Source: Felis catus
Taxonomy: Eukaryota
Assembly: GCF_018350175.1 (NCBI RefSeq)
Contig: NC_058368.1
Coordinates: 97,342,001-97,406,000, forward strand
Reading direction: 5' to 3'
Length of the DNA: 64,000 nt
Shown: in pieces, positions 25,349-37,340 of the stretch
How the letters are laid out: each line of letters begins with the position of its first letter
Numbering within the stretch: position 1 is the first letter of the stretch
Notes under the pieces: model-generated
Seen by the model: only the letters and a program-made list of their open reading frames with translations
Database searches by the model: none
What the model was told of the DNA's origin: nothing
Position numbers and translations under genes: made by a program

Positions 25349-25812
25349 GAAAGCATACAAATTCATTTAATGGAAGTTTTTCATGACCTGGGAGCCTTCA
25401 TAAGGGATGAGGATCCAAAGAAGTTCTGAAACCAATTTGCTTTTATGTTAGGTTGAACAAAGAGGGGCAATGGTGGAAAATTGACTCAACTATGTGGGCA
25501 GGCTAAGGCAAGATCAGAATTATTTTAACAAGATCTGTTTGTACAGAATTCTCTTGATCTAAACTTCCTGCCCTTGATGATTAGAATGTGTTTACTTTCT
25601 GGTGTAGAAAGGACATAGTTCACATAGGAATTTCATCTTTAAAGAAAGAAAAGTCAGTGTTTTTCTTGTATTTGCTGTCTTACAAGTGCCTTTCACTCAA
25701 AATAGTCAATATGCCAAAGTTCAATATGTTTTGGGGTGGCATGTACTGAATTTCTAAGACTGTAATGGCATGTTGTCGCTGTTCTAATTCAAATCTCTCC
25801 AGCTCTTTCTTC

Positions 25813-26212
25813 CGTAACATTAAAAAGAAAACCACAGGCCCAAATGGTGTCACTGAAGCCAAGTCAACCAAACTGGGGTGTAATACCTAACAGTATTACA
25901 TTGCTATTATAGCCTCCCCCAGAAATGTAGTCCTACCTGGTCAGTCAGGAATTTTCTGATCAGCACCAATGAAGTAACCTGTCCACCCATCCACATAAAA
26001 GAACCCATTTGTCCCCAAATGAAGATAAAGTCCCTGAAGTAATCCTTTTTTCTGTTTATGACTTCCTGATCCTGCCTTTAAGAACCTTTCCTTCTCTGCA
26101 GCCCTTTAGAGTTCCACTCGACTTGCTACATGGGGTGCTGCGTGATCCATGAATCAATCAATAAAGCCAATTATATCTTCAAATTTACTCAGTACATTTT
26201 TGTTATGTAACA
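25813..26212 (+). mobile_element. MER34-like 5' LTR of a degenerate ERV1
   Basis: (C)GTAAC...GTAACA termini; aataaagccaatt...aaatt poly(A) region typical of the MER34 group; followed by ERV-internal-like sequence. Confidence 0.65.
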
Positions 26213-26813
26213 GACGCAGCAGCAGACTTGGAGTCTGAAGTGAACTTTGGACGGCATTCAGGGAAACAAGAGACAGGCATGATGCCTGTGAACCTTTGAG
26301 TTCACTGTCTTTCTTGCTATTTCTAAGGGCCCTTGGTAAGTTCCTCTTGGTCCCTCTTGACTGGAGTTTCACTCTGTGTTTGAGCTCCTGGTTGGTTTTC
26401 CAGTGCAGCATCCATTACTGGGTCAGCTTAGGCTAACAGGAGGCTATCCTAGAACACGAGTCCTGACCGCCTGGTTCAGCCTGCAGTTCCACATTGGAAT
26501 CCCTTCCCCAGTTCCAATCGACTGTCCCGATTTACTGGGGTTTGCTGGTTTACCCCTCTCCCCATTTCCAGTCAGTAGTGTCCATTAGTGGAGTCCGCTG
26601 GTATAGTCCTTGCTGGAAATTGCTAGTGGTGTGCTCTGTGCCTTCTCTCAGACAGTCCCCAGTAAGTTCTAAGCCCCAGCCCTTGTTTCTGTCCTCAGAT
26701 TCCAGGGTGAGAAGGGCCGGTAGCAGCTACACTTCTCTGTTGGTATGGAAAGCAGTCCACATTCTTGAGGTCTGCTGGTTCAATGCTTTCCCCCGTCCCT
26801 AGTTCTTTGGTTA

Positions 26814-27872
26814 TGTCACCAGCTAGACCCCAAGACCTGACCTTTACTGCCCACCTGCTCGTACTCACCCACCTTTGCCCCACATTCTTCCTTAAGCTCT
26901 TCTTTCCAGCTTATCTCTTAACTCAGGCATATGGAAAGCAAAACAGTCCCTCCAGCGATAGTGACTGCCCTGACAGGACTTCCAGCAGGCCCAGACGACC
27001 CTGACCAATCTGAGCTTGACCCCCTGACTCCCACCTACACAGATGGACTGTGGAGTGACCTCTAGAATAACCTATGACTGGGGTGCCAGGGTGGCTCAGT
27101 CGGTTGAGCATCTGAGTTTCGCTCAGGTCATGATCTCACAGTTTATGGGTTCAAGCCCCACTTTGGGATTTGCCTGGAACCTGCTTCATATCCTGTGTCT
27201 CCCTCTCTCTCTGCTCCTCCCCTGCTCACACTCTGTCTCTGTCTCTCTCTCTCAAAAATACATAAATATTTTTAAAAATTTTTTAAATGGCCTATCACTA
27301 CCTTTCCCTCATTATAATACTAAAACCTCCATCCAAGAAGGAACACAAACCTCATTTATACAACATACAATGTGTGTATAGGCATGTTTTCTTAAAATTT
27401 TTTTAAGTTTATTTATTTATTTTGGGAGAGACAGAGTCAGCACAAGTGGGGGAGGGGCAGAGAGAGAGAAGGAGACAGAATCCCAAGCAGGCTCTGCGTT
27501 GTCGGCTTAGAACCTGACGTGGGGCTCAAACTCACAAAATCGTGAGATCAATGATCTGAGCCAAAACCAAGAGCCGGACGCTTAACCGACTGAGCCACCC
27601 CAGCACCCCAATAGGCATGTTTTCTTAAGGTGCATGCATGACCTTATGCCGCGTTCACACAGGATGACAAGGCTTCCTTATCTAAATATTCATCCTAACC
27701 CCAAATAAAAGGAAAACATCCACCCTTGCTCTGAGAGTCATGGCTTTGGAAGCCATTCCCTGTGATCTCCTTATTTGCTGCTCATAAAGTTTTCTTTGTG
27801 CCACAACTCAACCTGACACACTTTGTGACTCATGAAGAAGAAAATTCACGTTGGTTCCTTGGTTCAGTTACA
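26814..27872 (+). mobile_element. Solo ERV1 LTR, family A; contains two SINEs (plus 27080-27285, minus 27395-27609)
   Basis: TGTCACC...GTTACA; perfect 4-bp TSD GTTA; homologous to 31313-31860. Confidence 0.88.
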
Positions 27873-28335
27873 GTTATTGCTGGCATCCACAGCTCCATTT
27901 CCTTGGTACTATTGGTTTCTGTTAATGTGCACATGAGATAAAGGCTTAGCCAACAGAAAAATAATAAATAATAGTAGAATGGGATCCTTAAAATCAAAAG
28001 AATTGAGCCCTCCACCTTCCGGCACACCTACTTATTTTATACCTAAGAACTATGGTCCCAGGAGCTATATAAAATCTACAAGCTCATTTTGTGTCCTAAA
28101 GACTTTGGCTTGGTAACCATCAAGTTGAAGGGGGCATCCAAAAAAGGCTAGACAGATGTGTGAGCTGCACCCTATTTGCAGCTAGCTATGGCTGAAAAGA
28201 AATACGTGTTAATTCCATTGGCACCTAGGGTCCTACCAAACGGCTGTGAGCCCTCAGAGGAATTACAGCCTAGAAATACAATGGCCTTTATGGGGAATGT
28301 TCCAATTAGGTATGATAATTTAAGAAGTACACTTG

Positions 28336-28477
28336 GGCACCTGGGTGGCTCAGTTGCTAAGCATCTGACTTCAGCACAGGTCACGATCTCAAGGTTCGTG
28401 AGTTCAAGTCCCACAGTGGGTGAGCTCCAGCCCTGCTTTGGGTGAGCTCATGACCCATTTTGGGTGAGCACAAGCCC

Positions 28478-28528
<51 letters not shown>

Positions 28529-28603
28529 GCCCCTTACGGGACTCTCTCTCACACTCGCTGCCCCTCACTCACTTGCACCATTTCTCAAAAAAAAAAAAAA
28601 AAA
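28336..28603 (+). mobile_element. SINEC variant with long CT tract
   Basis: SINE head, atypical middle, (CT)n, A tail. Confidence 0.82.
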
Positions 28604-28879
28604 GTGCGCTTGAAAACAAGTGTTCCCAAATTAAACAGAATAGGATACCTCTTTTAAATGACAAGCAGAAGCCTCCAAAAGGTTTCACAGTTCCAAAACA
28701 TTGTCATTGAAAGATGCATTGCAAAAGGCTAATGAAAAATTGAAGATGTAAGAGGTACCTAAACCAAGATTGTAAGACTGGCTAACTCCTAGTGCTCCCC
28801 TCTTTCCTCCTTTAAGTACTTATTCTACTAATCCTCTGTCTGAATTGTTTTTCTACTCTGAAAAGACTACACAACCACA

Positions 28880-29060
28880 GGGTGCCTTGGTGACTCGGTT
28901 GAGCATCCAACTTTGGCTCAGGACATGATCTCGTGTTTCATGAGTGAGTTCAAGCCCGGCATCAGGCTCTATGCTGACAGCTCAGAGCCCAGAGCCTGCT
29001 TCTGATTCTGTGTCTCCCTTTCTCTCTTTCTGCCCTTCCCCCACTAGTGCTCTGTCTCTG

Positions 29061-29093
<33 letters not shown>

Positions 29094-29130
29094 TTCTCTC
29101 TCAAAAATAAATAAAAACATTAAAACAAAA
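28880..29130 (+). mobile_element. SINEC
   Basis: TSD aaaagactacacaacca. Confidence 0.9.
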
Positions 29131-30063
29131 AAGACTACACAACCATAAACAAAAGCCTACCAAGTTAATGACCTTGTAGATACCCTCATATCTACCTTCA
29201 AAGGAGGGCTCCCATATGGACCCCTCCCAGAGTTTACGAGACTGAGGGATTTTCTGGTAAACTGCTATGTTGCTCCTTTAAACAGCTGAAGGGAAACTCT
29301 GGTAGATTCCAGAGTCTATTGAGAGGATCCTGGAAAATCTGGCAGAAGGCAGCAAAGGGTGAAAATTCATACCAGACCCAGTTCCTCTGATGGTCTGTCT
29401 GTAGTCCAGTTGAAAGAGGAAAATAAAATTTCAAGTTGTCTCTTCCTGTCCAAATCCAGACCCATCGGTTATTGATCTTTTTTCTCCCACGGATAGGTAT
29501 TGTCTTATTTTACATAAATGGGCTTGGTTTTTTGCCTGCTTGGGACATGCCAGTTATTGGTTCTTTTTTTCAGCTATCTATGGAATTGACTCTGGATCTT
29601 GGGAAAATAGTATCCTTTGCATCCACTTTGGGGACCCCTCTTACATGCGAGGGGAGTTATTCAGTACTGCCAGAAATATTTAAAATTAGAACTTTGTACC
29701 CAGAGAGAAGGCAGAAAATTGAAGATAACATACTTGGATAGATGGACCAACTTACAACCCAACTTTCTGAGGAATTGAGAATAACTGTCTTTGTCTTACA
29801 AATCTTTAGCAAAGCAAAAGTCAGCTCTGGAGGCAATTCAAAATTAACCTATTCCTTTTTCCAGCTGCAAAAATTCTGTTATCTCCAAAGGCTTCCAAAT
29901 TATTGGCCTTAGGAAAGCCAATCATTCTTGGAGGGATTTGCCTTCTTCCACTGTCCCTTGAAGTTATTAATCTTATCATGCCTTTGAAATGTAAACACAG
30001 TCCACAACTACCTGAAACAGAAAAAAAAAAAGGTGAGAGAGGCCTTTAAGTAAGAACTACTAA

Positions 30064-30256
30064 GGAGCACCTGGGTGGCTCAGTTGGTTAAGTGTCCAAA
30101 CTCTTGATTTCACCGCAGGTCATGACCTCATGGTTCAAGACCTAGTGCTCTGAGTCCGCTCAATGTGGAAACTGCTTGGGATTCTCTCTCTACCTTTCTC
30201 TCTGCCTCTCCCCGTCTTGCTCTCAAAATAAATAAATAATCTTTTAAAAAAACAAA
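30064..30256 (+). mobile_element. Older SINEC whose 3' TSD is split by an LTR
   Basis: 5' TSD taagaactactaa; 3' copy taagaac|LTR|gaactactaa. Confidence 0.85.
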
Positions 30257-30263
30257 TAAGAAC

Positions 30264-31017
30264 TAATGAAGAACCATAAGGCAAGCTGAGGGCAAAGCAC
30301 AAGCTAACACACCCCGCTCCCCAAGGTGGGATATGGGTAATATTCCTCAGGAGCTCTTGGCTGCCCAGGAACAAAGGAAAGGGGGCACCTGGGTGGCTCA
30401 GTCGGTTAAGCGTCAGACTTCAGCTCAGGTCATGATCTCAACGTTGTGGGTTGGAGCCCCTCATCGGGCTCTGTGCTGATAGCTCAGAGCCTGGAGTCTG
30501 CTTTGGATTTTGTGTCTCCCTCACTCTCTGCCCCTCCCCCGCTAGTGCTCGCACTCTCTCTCTCTCTCTCAAAAATAAACATTAAAAAAAAATTTTTTAA
30601 TAGAACAAAGGAAAGGATAGAAAAGAGATGGTTAAATTGTTAAGAGTCTTCATCAGTTTACAAGTATCTTAGTATAGTTACCAAAAAAAGGGCAGTCTTA
30701 TCCATAGCCTAAAGTTCAGGAACTGCTCCCTACTGTTTTAACATTAATGCTTTGCTAGAGGGAAAAACAACCTTAGCTTGACAATAGCTAAGCCTTCAGT
30801 AATCTGTAAATCTTCTTTAGCATATGAAAATCCCTTTAAGAAACTTCCTTTTGACTTTACCTCCCCAACTCCGTATTATATAACCAGTCACCCTTCACAA
30901 CCTCAGTGCAGCTCTTTCTGCCCACGGGTCTTATCCCCACACTTTAATAAAAAACACCAAAGACATTCTTTCTTGGCCATCCCCTCCAAACCCCACCATC
31001 ACCCCAAAACCCCATCA
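30264..31017 (+). mobile_element. Solo ERV1 LTR, family B; contains a SINE at ~30381-30600
   Basis: T(A)ATGA...CCCATCA; TSD GAAC; TATA near 30877, AATAAA near 30946. Confidence 0.87.
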
Positions 31018-31312
31018 GAACTACTAAACACACTTTTGTGCCCAAACTGTAGCACAACGTCCTTAAGATTAATTCCAGGGAAAAACACAAATCTCCAAAA
31101 TCTTCCCCACAAATATTAAACAGAAAAAGGTTTAGCCATCTAGACTAAACAATTTTAACTTATTCCATCTACTAGAAAAACTAATTTAAATTCAATTTCT
31201 TTTATATCCAGTGAGTTTTGTACCTATCTCATTCAAGACTTTAAATTTAAAATCACAGCTATAAATTCTGTTTGTCTCTGTATGTTCATGTGTGTCTATA
31301 CATGTGTAGTAG

Positions 31313-31860
31313 TGTAACTCACCACAAAGAAAACTTTATTTGCAGCAAATAAGGAGACCAAGGGGAATGGCTTCCAAAGCCATGACTCCTGGCACAAGAG
31401 TGGATGGGTTCCTTTTATTTGGGATTAGGATGAATATTTAGATAGGGAAGCCTTATCATCCTATGTAGGGGCGGGTGGGTATAAGGTCATACATATGCCT
31501 TAAGGAAACGTGCCTATACACACATAGTATGTTGTGTATATGAGTCTTGTGCTCCTCCTCAGGTGGAGATTTTAATATTATAATGAGGGAAAGGTAGTGA
31601 TAGGTCATTCTAGAGATGAGTCCATTGTCCATCTGTGCAGATACCTGTCAGGGGTTAAGCTCAAACTGGTCTGGGTGGTCTGGGCTGGCTGGAGGTCTTG
31701 TCAGGGCAGTCACTATTGCTGGAGGGGTGGTTTTTCTTTCCATATGCCTGAGTTAAGGGATAAGCTGGAAAGAGGAGCTTAAGGAAGAATGTGGGGCAAA
31801 GGTGGGTGAGTAGGAGCAGGTGGGCAGTAAAGGTCAGGTCTTGAAGTCTAACTGGTGACA
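31313..31860 (-). mobile_element. Solo ERV1 LTR, family A
   Basis: TGTAAC...GGTGACA; perfect TSD GTAG; reverse-complement homology to 26814-27872. Confidence 0.88.
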
Positions 31861-32375
31861 GTAGATGTGTGAAATTTTTTACCTCTGGATGGTATTACCA
31901 AAATTCATTTGTAAAAGAGCTCTGTGTAACTGGTTTAAACAAGTGACTGTATACTTAGTATTCATAAAAATTATCAGAAATAGAATAGACATCAACCCAA
32001 ATAAGTTTCAGATTCAAGTGATCTGGGAAAATATTCCATATGAAGGCTAGATTAGGTTGGTGGTTTAATTAAAACAGACGTGTCTTTAAAGTTATCAGCC
32101 TTAAATATAAAGCAAATAAAAGGCTTAAAGGATCTGTCAACCAAACAAATATTAATTTGGGATAATGGTTGATTTTATCTGATGTTTAATAAAATTTCTA
32201 TAGGTAATCTAAAAGTGATTGTTAAGAACAAGTGAATTACATAAATGTAAGCAAGATCAAAGTTTATAAATGAAATTTTCAGCAATGTTTATGTCGACTT
32301 AAATACTTTTCCCCAAATATTTTTGGTAACTTAAAACCTTGGAGTTTGGCTAAGTTAAATTAAATGATGGATCAT

Positions 32376-33050
32376 TGTCATTATAGTCACCTGGATCTAG
32401 GTTTCCCTGTTCCCGCATGTTGAGCTAAAAGACACAACCAAACCAAAGAATAGGAAAAGTAATGGGTTTTATCAGCTGCAAGAAAAGGAGAACTCCAGGG
32501 ATATTTCCCAAAATAGTGTTTCCTGGAACAACAAAACTAGGGAGCTTTTAAGCTAAGGGTACGTAAACATTCATGAATGGGCTTGAGCAATGGGGGAAAT
32601 GGGCATGAAATTGGGGCAAAGGTCATCTTAGGGTGACAGAGTCCAGGTCTTAATGGATGGAAGTCAGCTTTACTTGGTCCAGCATCTGGGTACCCCAAGG
32701 GGTTTAAATCTTGTAAAGATCACTCAAGAATGTGCTTCACGGAGATCTTTACTTTTAAACCAACAGTGAGAGTATTACCCCTGATTTATCGTCCCTGATA
32801 TGATTTAGGCTATCTCCTGGCCTACTAATAGCTGTTTGTTGTTGTTGTTCCCTTAAAATTATTTAGACTGCTGAGGTCTATTCTACAATTGCCACATATC
32901 CCAGGAAGTTCTGCAAGAAATGTGCTTTGGGCCAATAGAGCTGGTCAGGTACAGATCACAAGGTATAGGGGAGACTAAAATGACTTTTCTTATGTCCAGA
33001 AAGCTGTGTCGTATTCCCCACCCAGGGAACCCTAACTCTTTCTGCTTACA
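32376..33050 (-). mobile_element. Probable solo ERV1 LTR, older
   Basis: TGTCA...CTTACA; R/U5-like block resembles family A; TSD not clean. Confidence 0.55.
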
Positions 33051-33168
33051 ATTACATTTCTCGATCATTTCCAAATAAGATAAAATACTGAAACATTCAT
33101 TACAAAGCATAGGTTTATCTATTTTTGGCTTCTTATTAGAGAAACCAAAAGATACTTGGTTGTGTTAG

Positions 33169-33683
33169 GGATGAGGTTTTGGACCGATGGTGGGGTTCAG
33201 AGCTAACAGCCAAGAAAGAGTTCTTGAAGATGTCTTTGGTGCAAAAAAGGTGATTTTATTAAAGCACGGGGACAGGACCCTTGGGCAGAAAGAGCTGCAC
33301 TGGGGTTGTGAAAAGTCACTAGTTATGTACTATGGAGTTGGGGAGGTAAAGTCAAGAGGAAGTTTCTTAAAGAGATTTTCATACGCTAGAAGAAGACTCA
33401 CAGATTACTAGAGGCCCAGCTATTGTCAAGCTAAGGTTGTTTTTCCTGTAGCAAAGCATTAATATTAAGACAGTAGGGAGGAGTTCCTGGACTTTAGGCT
33501 ATTGATAAGATTGGCCTTTTCTTATAATATCACTAAGGTAATTGCACACCGTATCAGTTAAGCATTTGTTTTCTGTCCTTTCCCTTGTTCTTGGGCAGCC
33601 AGAGTGCCTGAGGAATGTCACACATATCCCCCCAGGGGTGGGGGGGTGGGGTATGCTGGCTTGTGCCTTATGCTCCCTCATCA
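33169..33683 (-). mobile_element. Solo ERV1 LTR, family B
   Basis: (G)GATGAGG...CCCTCATCA; perfect TSD TTAG. Confidence 0.87.
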
Positions 33684-33989
33684 TTAGTGCTTCATTAGAA
33701 AAGTGGAAGAGGCATATGCTCTAGAAATTAGGGAATACATTCATACATTTGCAAATCTATAGAATGTTGGTATAACAGTTCACAATTGCTTATAACTTAG
33801 TTTTCAGAAGAAACTAAAGTTTCTGAGGGATTAAAAAAATTTCTAAAGTGTGATTAAAGCTATTAAGGTTTGCAGAGAAGGAATCGTTGGAAAGAAACTT
33901 TAATACGTGAGTTTATAGGTAAGAAGAGGTGGAGGTTTGAATAATACATATGGTAATGGATCAGAATTGGAGACATCAGTTTATTATTA

Positions 33990-34201
33990 TTTTTTTAATG
34001 TTTATTTTTACTTTTGAGACAATGTGAGAGACAGAGTGCAAGCATCGGAGGGGCAGACAGAGGGAGACACAGAATCTGAAGCAGGCTCCAGGCTCTGAGG
34101 TGTCAGCCCAGAGCCCAAGGCGGGGCTTCAACTCAAAAACCTTGAGATCATGACCTGAGCTGCAGTCAGATGCTTAACCGACTGAACCACTCAGGCACCC
34201 C
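33990..34201 (-). mobile_element. SINEC
   Basis: Reverse SINE; flanking tggaga(ca/tg)tcagttta repeat. Confidence 0.88.
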
Positions 34202-34742
34202 ATGGAGATGTCAGTTTAAATTCATGTTTAGCTTAAGATGGATACAGATGATAGATAGAAATATGTATAGACATGTAATGCTCTGTCAGCTGACAGGGTT
34301 CAAGAGCCATAGCATCCCCACAGCAATAAACACACCTACACCCACATCTTGCTTTCTAATGTTATTCTAATAAAAGAAACCAGGGATCCTTGGAGAAATG
34401 GACAATTCTAGGACTGAAACAGGAAATATACAAAATGAACCTAGAGCATTTTATAGTGCCAGAAAGGAAGTAATAAAAATAAAAATAATATTATTTTTAA
34501 AAAATGTTTATTTAATTATTTTGGGAAAGAGAATGTGTGAGCACAGAAAAGGGCAGAGAGAGAGGAGAGAGAGAATCCCAAGCAGGCTTTGTGCTGACAA
34601 TGTGGGGCTGGGTCTCACTAACTGAACTGTGAGATCATGACCTGAGCCTAAATCAAGAGTCGGACGCTTAACTGACTGAGCCACCCTGGTGCCCCCCAAA
34701 ACTAATTTTAAAACATACACAATAATGGGGATATGTAAAAGG

Positions 34743-35268
34743 TGATGAGGGAGCGTAAGGCAGGCTGAGGGGGAAGTACAAGCTAGCACACACCCGTCCC
34801 CAGGTGGGATATGTTTGATATTCCTTGGCCGCTGCCGGCTACTCAAAAACAGAAAGGGACAAAAAACAAAAGGTGAAACTGATTAAGAGTGTCCGCCAGT
34901 GTACAAGAAAAAGGCAATCCCATCAGTAGCCTAAAGTCCAGGAACTCCCTACTGTCTTAATGTTAATGCCTTGCTAGAGGGAAAAACAACCTTATCTTGA
35001 CAATAGCTAGGCCTCCAGTAACCTTGCGTCTTTGCACAGTAACCTTACGTCTTCGGCACAGAGAATATCTCTTTGGAAGCTTCCCTTTTGACTTCACTTC
35101 CCCCCAGCCCCATAGCTATATATAAGGAGCCACTCGTCAAAACCCCAGTGCAGCTCTTTCTGCCCACAGGTTCTGTCCCCACGCTTTAATAAAATCACCT
35201 TTTTGCACCAAAGACGTCTTCAAGAATTGTCTCTTGCTCGTCAGCTCTGAACCCCACAAACCCCATCA
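34743..35268 (+). mobile_element. Solo ERV1 LTR, family B
   Basis: TGATGAGG...CCCCATCA; perfect TSD AAGG; TATATATAA near 35118, AATAAA near 35188. Confidence 0.9.
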
Positions 35269-35800
35269 AAGGGACACAGGAACCAACTGAAAGAGAACCT
35301 ACTGGCCAAAACCAGAACACTTTGAGCCACAAAATAAATAACCCGATACACAAATAAAAATCTGTGAGTTCATACAGATATACAGAAGTAGCCAAGTAAA
35401 AAAAGTAAAATGGGGGAGAAGAAAAATCCCCCATGCAGAAAAATCCCAAATGGTATATGTAGTTATGTAATAATTTGTATAGACATAACTCGCCCACTCT
35501 TTAAGTGTAGCCTGTGCAGAGTGACTTTCTGAAAAAGAATACAATACGGAAAGGGAATGCGGGGAGAGTTACTTTTCAGTGAAGAAATCTGGCCATTGTT
35601 ACCTCAGTGAATGATCAAGGTCAACATGAACACTCATTAGTCACGATGAGAGACCGAAGTGAGGAACATGGCAACTGTTCTTTGAGCTCTCCTTTCCCAA
35701 AACCGTAACTCTGGTCTACCTGAGAAACAAAGCAAATGATTTTCAGTTGAGGAATTTGCTGCAAAGTACCTGACCAGTATTTCTTAAAGCTGTCAAGGTG

Positions 35801-36513
35801 ATTAACATGAGCAACTCAGGCAACAACAGATGTTGGCCAGGATGTGGAGAAAGAGGTTCTCTTTTGCATTGTTGGTGGGAATGCAAACTGGTGCAGCGCA
35901 CTCTGGAAAACAATATGGAGGTTACTCAAAAAATTAAAAACAGGACTACCCCATGACCCAGAAATTGCACTACTAGGGATTACCCAAGGGATACAGGTGT
36001 GCTGTTTCGAAGGGGCACATGCACCCCAATGTTTATAGCAGGACCGACAATAGCCAAAGTATGGAAAGAGCCCAAATGTCCAGCAACGGATGAATGGATG
36101 AAGAAGATGTGGTACATAGATATAATGGAGTATTACTCGGCAATCAAAAAGAATGAAATCTTGCCATTTGCAACTATGTGGATGGAACTGGAGGTATTAT
36201 GCTAAGTGAAATTAGTCAGTCAGAGAAAGACAAATATCATATGGCTTCACTCATAAGGACTTTAAGACACAGAACAGATGAACATAAGGAAAGGGAAACA
36301 AAAATAATATAAAAACAAGGAGGGGGACAAAACATAAGAGACTCTTAAATATGGAGAACAAACAGAGGGTTACTGGAGGGGTGTTGGGAGGGGGGATGGG
36401 CTAAATGGGTAAGGGGCACTAAGGAACCTACTCCTGAAATCATTGTTGCACTATAGGCTAACTAACTTGGATGTAAACTTTAAAAAAAAAAAAAAGAGAA
36501 AGGGGAAAAAAAA
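35801..36513 (+). mobile_element. 5'-truncated carnivore/felid L1 3' end
   Basis: ORF2 C-terminal peptides (CTPMFIA, WKEPKCP, EYYSAIKKNEILPFA), A tail, TSD ctgtcaaggtg. Confidence 0.92.
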
Positions 36514-37128
36514 CTGTCAAGGTGTTTCAAAACAAAACAAAATCAAAAGAGCTGAGAAACTCACAGCTGAGACAAAAGACACCTGATTACAAATAGAGTA
36601 TGATACCCTGGATGGGACACTGGAATGGAAAAAGGACATTGAATAACAACAAAGGAAATCAGAATGAAATGTAGACTCTAGTTATACATAATGCATTAAT
36701 ATTGGCTTATGAATTGTAATGAATATACCATAATAATGTAAGATATTAATAACAGGAAACTGGGTGCTGGACATAGAGGAACTTTCTGTACCAGCTTTAA
36801 ATTTTTCTATAAATCAAAAACCTTTCTGAAAAATAAAGTTGTTTTTTTTTAAAGACAATTGTAAGCAGTCAAAACATAAGCTACAAAAAGTTCCCTTTCA
36901 TAACAGAAACATAAAACACCTGGGACTAACCCTAATCAGAAGCAAGCAAGTCCTGTGTGATGAAAAGAAGTAAAACTTCACTGAATGATATAAAAGATTT
37001 GATAACTAAAGATGTATAGCACCTTTGTAGAAAAACCAAATATGATAAACAGGTTGTTTCTTCCCAAACTGTATGTTAGTACAAACTTAAATGGGGTTTA
37101 TTCACTGCTGGTTAAAATGTAAAATGGT

Positions 37129-37340
37129 GGGGCACCTGGTTGGCTCAGTCAGTTCAATGTCCAACTCCTGCTTTCTGCTCGAGTCTTGATCTCATGGTTC
37201 ATGAAATTGAGCCCCAGGTCCAGCTCTGTGCTTACAGACAAGAGCCTGCTGGGGATTCTCTCTCTCCCTTTCTCTCTGCCCCTCCCCTGCTCACGTTCTC
37301 TTTCTTCCTCTCTCTCTCTCAAAATAAACATTGTTTTTTA
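37129..37340 (+). mobile_element. SINEC within old L1ME-like fragments (~36860-38110)
   Basis: SINE head and tail; L1 motifs on both sides. Confidence 0.85.

Larger units (their letters stand above)
24642..25759 (-). mobile_element. Old ERV1 (MER4-group-like) LTR interrupted by a SINE and a younger LTR
   Basis: Begins TGTAGG; reads through as ataggagaaaag|catacaaatt once the insert is removed. Confidence 0.62.
26213..33870 (+). mobile_element. Degenerate ERV1 (MER4-group) internal region, heavily interrupted; no 3' LTR seen
   Basis: Leader with a ttg|gtaagt donor-like site near 26336, gag-like start at 27979, AT-rich MER4-type internal sequence at 29300-33870. Confidence 0.55.
34210..36850 (+). 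mobile_element. Old L1MC-type 3' region hosting a SINE (minus 34495-34697), an LTR and a younger L1
   Basis: ccagggatccttggagaaatgg...ctaggactg and gggacacaggaaccaactgaaagag motifs continue across the inserts. Confidence 0.72.

Noticed and set aside
26213..26235. Primer-binding site after the MER34-like LTR
   Set aside because: No TGG start and only faint resemblance to a tRNA 3' complement; cannot be assigned.
26814..31860. DNA transposon with long terminal inverted repeats
   Set aside because: Both arms are TG...CA LTRs with separate TSDs; no transposase between them.
30264..35268. Intact provirus bounded by two direct family-B LTRs
   Set aside because: Each LTR has its own TSD (GAAC, AAGG), and the interval is old ERV, L1 and SINE sequence without gag/pol/env ORFs.
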